Source: Piromyces finnis finn (taxonomy: Eukaryota > Fungi > Neocallimastigomycota). Taken from it: a stretch of 64,000 nucleotides of DNA. The stretch lies in contig MCFH01000069.1 of the NCBI GenBank assembly GCA_002104945.1, positions 62,001 to 126,000 on the forward strand, given 5' to 3'. Positions within the stretch are counted from its first letter, which is position 1. Each line of letters starts with the position of its first letter. Below the pieces are notes generated by a model, which was given only the letters and a program-made list of their open reading frames with translations, ran no database searches and had not been told where the DNA came from. Positions 49,322 through 60,151 of the stretch are shown here, one piece after another. Made by a program: the position numbers and the translations under genes.

Positions 49322-49662
49322 CTAGTTTTGGTTTGTTGTTAGTAAATTCGAATCGCTTTTTGACACTAAACTTGTTTGACTTTACTTTTCATTAAATATT
49401 TAAATTGGTAAAAAATTTGAATCAAGAATGTCGACACCAGAAAGCTTGTGAATAGTATTTTTACATGATGTAGAGTGAATCAGTCTCTTACAAGAAACAA
49501 TACAACAATAGCTACATGAATATAAAAGTACAATGCAAATGCTAAAGTTGACTACATTGGATTCTTACAAGAGAAGAGTAGTACTACATGAATACATGAA
49601 TAAAAGAAAAAATACAGCAACAAAATGTATTACTCTTCTAATTAAATACTATACAAACTTAC
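49322..49662 (-). other. Putative spliceosomal intron in the retrotransposon 5' leader
   Basis: Minus strand CAG|GTAAGT at 49662, TACTAAC at 49344-49338, and the first downstream AG (TAG) ending at 49322. Confidence 0.6.
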
Positions 49663-49773
49663 CTGAATATCAAACATTCAACTTATTCATCAAATACTTA
49701 ATTCGATGAATAAAATGTTTTTTAATCGCTCAGTACCATGAGCTTAGTCCTAATAATTTTCCCTTAAAGACTA

Positions 49774-50020
49774 ACCAAGCATCCATTGCGCAATGCTTGG
49801 ATTTAATTCTTTCTACTCTCTCAGTACCATGAGCATGAGTAGACCCCCTTGATAAACTCCATTATTAAATAAATGAAGGCACGTTCCTAAGAGGGCACCA
49901 AGCATCCATTGCGCAATACTTGGATTTAATTCTTTCTACTCTCTCAGTACCATGAGCATGAGTAGACCCCCTTGAGAAACTACATTTATTAAATAAATGA
50001 AGGCACGTTCCCAAGAGGGG
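49774..50020 (-). repeat. Two tandem 123/124-bp GC-richer monomers at the retrotransposon 5' end, with a third partial motif at 49728-49743
   Basis: 49774-49896 and 49897-50020 differ by about 5 substitutions plus 1 indel. Each contains three inverted-repeat stems. Confidence 0.92.
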
Positions 50021-50445
50021 AATATAAATGTATGTTATTATATAATATATAATATTAGTTATAATTTTTTTTCCTTTCCTTTTAAATATATGTTATATTC
50101 ATTCATAAAAAATTTTATTTTTTATATTTAAAAAACTTTTTTTTTATTTTCTTCAATAATGACATATATATGTGTATATATATAATTAGAAATATTATGA
50201 ATAAAATTTCTATTTTGGTAATACTATTAAAAATTAAAAAAAAAAAAAAAAAAAAAATATATACATTATTATATAACTCTACATAATTAATTTAGAATTT
50301 TAAATTATTAATTATTAAAATATTTGTATAAATTAATAAATTTATAAATATTTTAGTTTTTTTTTTTTTTCTATTTCAATTCTTTTATCATATTCAAATC
50401 AATAATAATTATTATTTTATTATCAATTTAATTATTATATCTATT

Positions 50446-53375
50446 TTAGCAAATAGAGTAATCAATTAAACACCATTCACCATTTTCTATACTCCAATCA
50501 CCATCTTCATCATCATAGTATACAGTACATTCTTTATTACAACATGAATAACCTTGAGCTCCAGTACATTCATAGACTGAATTAGAATTACAGCTCTTTG
50601 GAATACCACACCATTCATTATATTCTACACCCCAACTTCCATCACTATCTTTTTCAACAATATCACATGTAGTTTCACAACATGGGTAACCTAAGCTTTC
50701 AGACCAACATGATGAATCATAAGATGGTCTATTATTATTACTACCTTGATTTCCTGTGTTAGAACCATCTACTGGAGTTCCGGAATCACCATCAATATCA
50801 CCATAGACAATACCAAAACCATTAGTACATACATAAACGCGACCATAAATTCGTGGATCACCAGTAATACAGAAGTTAATGGTACCATATTGATTGTTAT
50901 CATCATTAATACGAACCCAATTTTGACCTTTATCATCAGAACGGAAAATACCATTAATATTTCCAATTTTACCAGTAATATATAAAGCTGGATAATCATA
51001 ACCTTCGGCAGCCTTACCAAAACCAATTGTATTAGCGATTTCTACACCATCAATTTGATAAAAAGTTTCACCACCATCTTCTGTATGATAAAGACCACCT
51101 TTGTTTCCAGCGAGCCAAACATCACCTTCATGACCAGCAACTGCTTTAATATTTTTAGCATAGCCAGGTTCCATTTCTGGAAGACCAGTGTACATTTTGG
51201 TAAAAGAAACACCAGTATCTATACTACGATAGAATGTATCACCAAGGTAACCATAGAAAATCTTACCATTTACACGATCAGAACAAATTCTGGCACCACC
51301 TGGAATACCTTTTGAAGATTTAAAAGTTTCTTTACCGTAAAAGACACCTAAATCATAAGGCTTTGGAGCCCATACAACATCACCTTCGGCACCAACAGCA
51401 ACAATACCACCTTCAGTTACACCACCTGGAGCTTGGACACCATACCAAGATTCACCATTACCCCATGAAAGAGCAATGTAAGGTTCAGTACCAACACGAA
51501 CCCAGAAATTTGGAACATTTTCAGCGTAATCAATAGAGAAACCAGAAGAAAAAGTTGGTGATCTGAAATTGACTTCTGGGCAAGTATCTAAATCAGTGTG
51601 TCTAAAACCACCAAGGTCACCCATAACACTTAATAAATGTGCATCACCTGAAGGTGGAGAAACTAAATCTTGAACAGCTGTTTCTTCAATACCAGATGCC
51701 ATAATAGTAATATGGAATTTTTTACCATTATCCCAATTAGTAAGATCCTCGGAACCCCAAATGGTAGCACCAGTACCCCACATAATACGATCAGAATTAA
51801 ATGGATCAATTTCCAAAGACTCAATCATCCAACCTAACTTTGTTGTTGGTTCCGGAATTTGTTTCATATTATCCTCAATCCATGGAGAAATAGAAGGATC
51901 AATTTCATATTTAAACTTTCGTTCTGGATAACCATTCCATTCCCATATATGAGACCAAGTATCACCACCATCTGTAGAACGGAATAAAATGGCATCTGGC
52001 CACCAAGAATTTAAGGTAGCAACTACAATTGTTTTTTGGTCTTGAGCATCAATAGCTAAACCACCATAACCAAAGTATGGTTCTTGATGTGGGCTAATAT
52101 CCTTCCATTCACCAGTTTTAGTGTTATAACGATAAATTGCACCAGCTTGACCATCATATGGACCACAGCCATCAGTATATGTAATATAAAGCATTCCATC
52201 TTTAGTAATTTTACCTTTATGTGGGAAATAATGTAGAGGTTGATCTGGTATTGGAACCCATGAGGCACCAGCATCTTTAGAAACATAAACAGTAGAGGTA
52301 GAATTATCAGCAACACCAACATAAATATTTGGGGTTGGGGAACCCTTTTTACCACTGTATTTATCGAAAGTAACAAAAGAAATACCAATAGCTTCAGTAA
52401 AATATTGTGTATCCGTAGCATATTTACCTACGTTAGTAAAACTCTTTACTTGAGTCCAAGTTTTAGCATAATCTGTACTTTTCCATAATCCATTTCCTGC
52501 GCGTGCACCGAAAAAAAGAATTTTATTATTATTTGGATCAACAGCAATTCTTTCTCCCATACCACGACCTGGATCATTACCACCAACTTTAAATGGCAAT
52601 TCAGTAATTGACCAGTTATCACCACGATCTGTCGATGAAATAATAGCACCATTATTTGGATCCCAGTTATTAGTATACATACCAACTGCAGCATAAACTC
52701 TATCAGCATCAACTGGGTCAGCACACATAGTATCAATACCCGCATAACCCCAGTTATCCTATTTAATATTAATAATAATAGTATTTTTTTATATTTTATA
52801 TTTAATTATTTTGTTTTAAGGTAAAATATTGTATTTTCGTAATAAATTTAAAAAATTTACTTCTTAGTTTAAATTTTTTATTTGAGTAATACTATATTAC
52901 TAATTATAGTATTACTCTTAATATTATTTTTTTTTTTTTAAAAAAAAGAAATATGTATGACTTTCAATATTTCAATAGTGTATTATATGAATTTTAATAA
53001 ATTTCAGTAAATTTCATATTTTATTTTTAAAATAATTAAACGTGTATTTTTAAATAATTTTTAATTTCTATTCAAATTATATTTTTAAATTATTTTTTTT
53101 TTTATTCCTCTTTTCTCCCCTCCTGTTGATTGTGTAAATTTAATACTTACAACTCCAACCCATTTGGATAAATTTTCCCATCTTTTAGTTGATGTATTCA
53201 AACGATATAAACCACCAATATCTGTTCTAGCATATACTAAATCTTTTTCAGCTTCACTAAATACAATACCGGGAACGAAACCTCCACCAACAATTTCAGC
53301 ATTTTTCCATGTATATGACAGTGAAAATGTTATACATAGAGTAGACCATATGGTCCAAAAATGAATATTTAACAT
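50446..53375 (-). CDS. GH74 xyloglucanase with two C-terminal fungal dockerin (CBM10-like) domains; 2 exons
   Basis: Exon 1 has a signal peptide plus YTWKNAEIVGGGFVPGIVF..YARTDIGG. A GTAAGT intron (about 52760-53150) joins WVGV|DNWGYAG. The second catalytic Asp lies in MGDLGG. Dockerins are CWSESLGYPCC..WGVEYNEWCG and GYSCC..WSIENGEWC. Confidence 0.93.
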
Positions 53376-53740
53376 ATTAAATTATTTATATATAAATCTA
53401 TTTTATAAAGTATCTACAAATTTATAATTCTTTTTTTTTTTTTTTAAATAATTTTATAATTCTAATTATTAAACAAAAAAATTTTAATAGTTTTTTTAAG
53501 TTATTGAAAATATTTTAAAAACTTTTATTAGTATTTATATTTTTTTTTTTTTTTATTAATTATTAAAATTTTAATTAAAATAAAAATTCTCCTTTTCATA
53601 ATTAATTTTTTACCATTTTCTAATAAAAATTTAATATAAAATAAGTAAATAGTAAATAATAAATATTAATATTTGATATTATTTTTCATATTTTTCATGG
53701 CATTTAAGCAATGAATGAATGAATAATATTTAAATATAAT

Positions 53741-53744
<4 letters not shown>

Positions 53745-53798
<54 letters not shown>
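53745..53798. repeat. (AAT)n microsatellite
   Basis: Seen directly in the sequence. Confidence 0.9.
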
Positions 53799-53799
<1 letters not shown>

Positions 53800-55059
53800 T
53801 TTAAATAATAGCTTTTTGAACAATTTTGTATTTTTTATGAATGGGATTCAAATTTTATTTTACTGTTTTAATAATTTCTTTAATATGTCCAATTTATTAT
53901 ATAATATATTATTTATATATTATTATATTATAAATTTCATGGTTGATACTTTTAATATTTATATTATATTACTATTATATAAAATATTGTTATTTTTCTT
54001 TATTTTAATTTATTTATATATTATATATATTGAACTATATTATTATTATAAAACCTTATTATTATTTGAATTATACAAACGGAATATTTAATAATTAATT
54101 AATATATGAATTAATATATTTTGAGATTTTCCAATTAATTTAATAATAAATAAAATTTGTTTATTTATTATTAAAGATACAAATTATAATCTTAAAAAAT
54201 AATTAATAAAGTTCATTTTTATTAGTGAAACAAAATTTTTTTAATTATTTTATTGACCTATTATACCTTAAAAAAAACAATAGCATTTCATTAGTTATAA
54301 ATAATTCTAATTATTATTATTCAAAAAAAAAAAAAGGTATCTTCCATAAAAAGAAATAACTAATAATAACGTCATTAAAATTAAAATTTTTTATAATTAA
54401 AAATAAGTATAACTAAAGCTGTATATAATATACGAAATACGAAATACGAAATAAAATGTATTCTAAAGTATTTAGTTTTCCAGAGATAATAAAAGTATTT
54501 ATTATAAATAATTTAATTTTATAATTTTATATATTACCACCCATATAGATAAAGTAGAAAATAGATAGAATGAATGAAATGATAAAAGTAATTAATTATT
54601 GTAATAAAAATCTAATATAAATATAAAAATAAAAACACATTTTAGGTTTCTTATGGTTTATTTTTATTAAAAAAAAAAAAAGATTATATAATAATGTTAT
54701 ATAGAAAATGGAATATTAACAGTTGATAATTATTTTATATTGAAATAATTATCAATAAATATTTTAAAAATTTATGTAATTTTCGAATAATAATATGTAA
54801 TTTAATGAAAGTATATTAGTATGTTAAAATGAATTTTTTTTTATAAAAAATTCTTATTAAAGTATTATGCAGGAGGATATATTTTTACATAAATCTAAAT
54901 AAATGCTTTAACAAAAAAATTTATTTATTATTTTCTTCATTTAAAATCAAGTTATAATTCTTATAAATAATGTTTTGGTGTTAAAAGATAATAAATATAT
55001 ATTATTTAATAAAAGATGAATAAATATGTTTATTGTTTATTCATATTTATTTATTTTTT

Positions 55060-56607
55060 TTATTGAATTTCCAATTTTTTGTTTATTTTTTTTCTTTCTA
55101 CGACAATATCAATTTCTTGTTGATCTTCTTTCATAGAAATTTTTTCATTTAATGTTTCAGATTTTATTTTATTGGCTGTATTTTCTTCTTTTTTTGATTC
55201 TATTTTGTAACTGAAAATACCTAATAATAACAGAATAACAGAGAATCCAGTCATGAATAAAAAGACAATATTAAATCCATACATTTCTGGATTATCCTTT
55301 TTAGTTTTAACATTATCTGCAACAATAGTCATAATCGAAACAAATAAAGCTGAACCCATTGCACCCCCAATATAGCGTAAAGAATTAAAAAAAGCAGTGG
55401 CATCGGAAGCTTTAGTATTTGGAACATCAACCATACCCCATGTAATTATTGGCATTAAAAGAATACCAAATGCAAAACATCTCAATACATGGATACTTGA
55501 AATAACCCATATACTGGTATTAATATTTACAAAATATAAACTTAAATTACTGAAAATTGAAATAATAGAACTACTAATGAACAATAAATTCATTCCAATC
55601 TTGTCATAAACTTTACCAGCTAATGGACAAAGTATCGCCATTAATAATGAACCTGGAAAAATAACTAATCCAGAAGTAGTAGCTGATTTACCTTTAAGTT
55701 GTTGAACATAAATTGGAAATATTATTGTTGAACCGATAATTAATAATTGTAAAATAGAAGTCGTGAAAATACTAATAGAAAGTTTTACGTTTTTAAATAC
55801 TCGAACATCTAAGAATGGTACTGTTAAATGTAATTGTCTAATTATAAAGATAAAAGAAAAAATAATACCAACAAGTAATGTCAATAATACATGAACACTG
55901 ATGAATTTATACTTTCCAATATTTCCAATAGCTAATGTAACACCACCAAATGCAAAAGTACTAATGATTAACGATGTAACATCAAACTTTTTTTTAAATA
56001 TTGGTAATACATCTTCAAAGACAAATATAGCAAAAATAAGAGAAACAAGCATAATTCAAGCAGTAATTACAAATATTATTCTCCAGCCTATATGGTCAAC
56101 TAAAAGGCCAGCTAGAGTTGGTGCAATAATAGGTGCAACGCCTATTGACATACCATACCAACCCATTGCTGTACCTCTTTTTTCTGGAGGATAAATAGTT
56201 AGGATAATAACTTGGGCCATAGAAGTAATTAAACCCGATCCACAACCTTGAATAATTCTACCGATCATCATAACCCAAAATCCTGGAGCCAATGCACAAA
56301 TTATCAAACCAATCATAAAGAATATAATAGCTGAACAATATAATTTTTTTGTTTTAAATTTGGTAATAAGATAAGCAGTGAATGGGATAACAATAGCTAA
56401 GAATAAAGAAAAACCACTTGTAATCCATTGACCAGTAGAAGCATCAATTTTAAAATCTTTCATTATCGGTGGTAAAGCAGTTGTTAAAGCGGTTGAAAGC
56501 ATATTACTAGCAATACAACTAATATTAATATTAATAAACATTAATAAACGTTTTCTATCAGAAACTTTTATTCCTTCATGAACAATGATATTATCTCCTT
56601 TTTCCAT
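55060..56607 (-). pseudogene. DHA2-family (EmrB/QacA/LmrB-like) MFS transporter interrupted by a single in-frame TGA
   Basis: ORFs 56056-56607 and 55060-56052 share one frame: ...att act gct TGA att atg ctt... Motifs TALTTALP, GQWITSGF, IGRIIQGCGSG, YPPEKRGTAMG, APIIAPTLAG, GWR and PFLDVRVF. Intronless. The transporter identity is firm; pseudogene status is uncertain. Confidence 0.6.
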
Positions 56608-58332
56608 TTTTATATTTATATTTTTTTTATTAAATATTATAAGATTTTAGTTTTTTTTAATAGTATGAGTAATTTTCGGTAGATATCTAAATTTTCTTTA
56701 ATAATATTATTTTTTTTTTTTAATTATATTTGTAAATATATTTTTATATTTTAGTTTCTATTCCAATAGGAATGATAATGTTTATTTTATTTATTTTATT
56801 ATTGTTATTTATTTTTATTATGTTGCTTATTTTATTAATAGTTTATTTTTTTTCAAAGAATTAAAAAATGCCTTCTTTTTATGTTTATTTATATATCATT
56901 TTAATTTTTATTAATTTTTTTTTTCTTACTATTATTTTCTAAAAATTAATATAATTAATTAATATAATTGGAAATTTCTTTTTTTTTTTTTTTTTTTTTA
57001 TATATATATATATATAATAAATATTTAAATTCTTTCTATTTAAAAAATATATAATATTATAATATATTTAATTAATATTGGGGAACTATTTCTATTGAAA
57101 TGTCATTATAATATTATATTATTATAATAAAACGGTTTTATTTGTAATTATTCTTCTCTGCTATTACGGCGAGAAAAAAAGTATTTTTCCTTTAAAGAAT
57201 TTTTTATAGTTAAAATATTAATTTGTATTTTAAAATCTATTCGAATTAAAAATAAACTTTTTTTTTTTTTATCTTTCTCATATGATAATTAAATATTTTT
57301 ATTTTCGTTTTGTACATTAATTTTAAAAAAGATAAAATTTCATTTTATTTTAGTTTAAATAAAGTGTAATAATAATAAGTAAGAAAAAAATTTCATATTG
57401 TAAATGGTAAAAAAAAGAGGTTCAATTCACATAATGAGATATAAAAAACTTGATAATAGTCCTTTTATTTTATATTAATTAATTCTTCTTTTTACTATAA
57501 AATACATTTAATCTTTTGAAATAAAAAAAAAAACTTTATAGAATAAATAGAAAATTCTTTTTAAATTACAAAGAAATTCACGTTCTTTCAAAAACATTTT
57601 TACTTTTTATAAAGTTTTTATGATCATATTTAATAATACGTTAATACTTAAAAAAAAAAAGGTATAATGTATTATTCTTTTAATATTTAAAAAAGAAGAA
57701 AAATAATGTTTTTTTTTTAAATATTAGAAAATCATTAAACCTTATAAATATTTGTTGATATAACTTTATTTTTTTTTCTTCTTTTATGATGATTATGCAT
57801 ATTATAAAATATATAAATTGTTTATTATTTTTTTCAATATTTTTTTTTAAAATAATATTGTAAATAGTAAATGAAATACAATAAAAGAATGAAATACAAA
57901 GTGTATAATTAATTAAAAGTATTATTATATTTATACCTATTATGTGTACTATTTTGTGTATAAATTTTATATTAATAGTTTGATTAATATACTTTGGATT
58001 ACAACATAATTAACTTTTTTTTTCATTGTAATATACCAATAAATGAAAGTAAATATATATGTTTCTACTTTTCTCTTGGTAATATTAAACCACCTTTTTA
58101 AATATATTTTATGTGTTTAGGTAAACTGAAATGCTTCTTTTTTTTTTTTTTTGAGAAAATTTATTTTTAATTTTTATTGGTGTAAAAATGAAATTGAATT
58201 TAAAACTTTTTTAATTTTTTTTTTGATTATTTTAATTAAAAATTAATTAATTTTTTTAAAGTATAAAAACTTAAAATTTTTCTTTTTACATAGAAAAAAA
58301 GTGTACATTTTCTCGAAAAAAAAAAGTATTTC

Positions 58333-58745
58333 AAAAAATGTTTATAATAAAAAATTATAAAAAATAAAAAAGGTTATTTATAAAAATAAATAATTAAAGA
58401 AATTATATAAATTATACAAACAAACAAAAAAATAAAAAGAATTGTTAATGAAAATTTAACTAATGCTGTTGTACATGGATTGTATATGGTACAGACAATG
58501 AAGTAGATAATATTATAATTCTTACTGAAAAAATTAATTAGACTTATGTTCTGAAGAAGAAACAATTGATGTTGATATCCCTATAAATATATTAAATAAA
58601 ATATGTATAATAGAACTCCTCAAATGGATGGCTTGATGGTGTACCATTGGGTATGCATATAAAAAATTGATACTGACATACTAATGAAATTTTGGATTCA
58701 GAATATATATTTATAATGTGTGAAGGATTTGATATTATCATGAAT
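58333..58745 (+). pseudogene. Deletion-riddled remnant of the neighbouring M13 peptidase gene
   Basis: Matches the 5' flank and exon 1 of 61519-61828 (gttaatgaaaatt-aactaatgctgttgta; ttctgaagaagaaacaattgatgttgatat). It is fused to a piece matching about 63511-63680 (tatgtataatagaa-tcctcaaatgga). No ATG; frameshifted. Confidence 0.85.
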
Positions 58746-59299
58746 GAAATTTTTGTAAATTAAAAAAATAAATAAATAAATAAAAAACGAGGGATGATAA
58801 CAACTCTAATTACAATATACTGAATTGTTAAAAATATTATATATTGCAAATATAGCAATGTTTTATACACAAATTATAGAAAATTTTAAATAATAAAAAT
58901 AGTCTATTTTACAAAATTTTTTTTTAAAAAAATATAAATATATTTAGAAAGAACAATTTTAAAAGTATAAAACTATAGTACATTATATATATTTTTTATT
59001 TAAATATACAATCTAAATAAATCCGAATAGAAAAATATGTATATAATTAATTTTTTCTATCATTGTAATATATTTATATTTATAAATATAAATAAATAAT
59101 TTTATTTTTATTTTTTCTTGGTAATATTAAAATACTTTGAATAAAGTTATTACGTTTTGATAAAAATACTTGAAGAATTAAATAATTAATCCTTTTATTG
59201 ATTATTATTAATATTGAAAGAAAACTTATAGGCTATTTATAAAATATGGAAATACGGTATATAAAAAATTAATGAAAAGAGATATATTTATTTATATAT

Positions 59300-60151
59300 T
59301 TATTCGGTAAAAAGCTTGATTCCAGAAAACATTTTATGAAGCTTATGTTCATCGAATGGTAAATATTCTGCAATGGTAAAACCAACTACATTAGCATTAG
59401 TGGTAATAATATTAAGTACTTCTGTCAATTTATCCATTTTCATTTTACCACCACCTGAACCATCTCCACCTAACTCAGAGTTAGCAAAATAAGTTGAATG
59501 GAAAAAGTGTTCGTCTAACACATCAATATCAAAATGAACTAAAATATGGTCAAATCGGGATATAAATTCTTGAATTTCTTCATCGGATACAAATTCTTTA
59601 TCTTGTATTTTATACTTTACTCCAACTTCATTAAGGAATTTTTCTTGATAATCATGAAGACCTTGTAATCCTACATACATAATATCCTCAGAATGAAATT
59701 TTGGATTTTCCATTTTGGCAGAAAGTTGTTCAGCACCATAACCTAATAAACTTCCTAAGACCATAGCATGAGCATTTGGATAACCATCTTTTACAGTTGA
59801 AACATCGGGGTGAGCATCAATCCATATAATACCAACATTTTTATATAATCCATGAAGATAATCAAATGGGGCTAAGGAAACCATGCAATTACCACCAATA
59901 GTAATAATACGATCAGGTTTCGATTCTTTTAATTTTTTTTTGGCGTCATCAATACCAGCTAAAACTTCATTTTCTGCAAATATACCATTGGTGACTGTCT
60001 TTTCTTTTTCATTTGGTGGTGTAATATTTACTTTAATCAAAGGTTGATTTTCATTTTGAGGAAGAATATATTGAAGTAAATTAGCTCCAAAATAATAAGT
60101 GTCTAAACCACCACTAACATGATCTGGATAGAGTAATCTAATTGTTTTCAT
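59300..60151 (-). CDS. Arginase/ureohydrolase-family protein, bacterial-type, intronless
   Basis: IITIGGNC, IIWIDAHPD, NAHAMVLG, IMYVG and LVHFDIDVLD metal-binding motifs. Confidence 0.88.
   Translation of the reverse strand: MKTIRLLYPDHVSGGLDTYYFGANLLQYILPQNENQPLIKVNITPPNEKEKTVTNGIFAENEVLAGIDDAKKKLKESKPDRIITIGGNCMVSLAPFDYLHGLYKNVGIIWIDAHPDVSTVKDGYPNAHAMVLGSLLGYGAEQLSAKMENPKFHSEDIMYVGLQGLHDYQEKFLNEVGVKYKIQDKEFVSDEEIQEFISRFDHILVHFDIDVLDEHFFHSTYFANSELGGDGSGGGKMKMDKLTEVLNIITTNANVVGFTIAEYLPFDEHKLHKMFSGIKLFTE

Larger units (their letters stand above)
44335..50020 (-). mobile_element. Full-length non-LTR retrotransposon (LINE; single ORF APE-RT-CCHC)
   Basis: 13-bp TSD aatataaatgtat at 44322-44334 and 50021-50033. 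A T30 tract at 44334-44363 is the poly(A) tail on the minus strand. It has an intact 1507-aa ORF, an about 240-nt 3' UTR and an about 894-nt 5' leader. Confidence 0.95.

Noticed and set aside
49774-50020. LINE monomers as a known ribozyme (hammerhead, HDV-like, twister, twister-sister, hairpin)
   Set aside because: Only near-misses. GUC..CUGAGAG..GAAAG lacks CUGANGA and a stem III partner. GGGGGU/GCCCUC lacks the HDV P3/L3/P1.1 order. GCUCAUG lacks the twister-sister GCAAG/UGCAAG partners, and the hairpin-ribozyme loop A register is off by one. Left as an unclassified structure.
53085-53150. Unusual C-terminus of ORF 53085-53375 (VSIKFTQSTGGEKRG...)
   Set aside because: Read-through into the GH74 intron after a canonical GTAAGT donor.
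54431-54451. Short repeats (tacgaaa)x3, (tattacaata)x3 near 6530, and (cttgtttta..)x3 near 61110
   Set aside because: Ordinary slippage-derived microrepeats with no further structure.
56056-56058. Genome-wide TGA reassignment or selenocysteine
   Set aside because: No other gene here has an in-frame TGA, Trp is encoded by TGG, the LINE ORF ends in TGA, and the position is in a TM helix with no redox motif.
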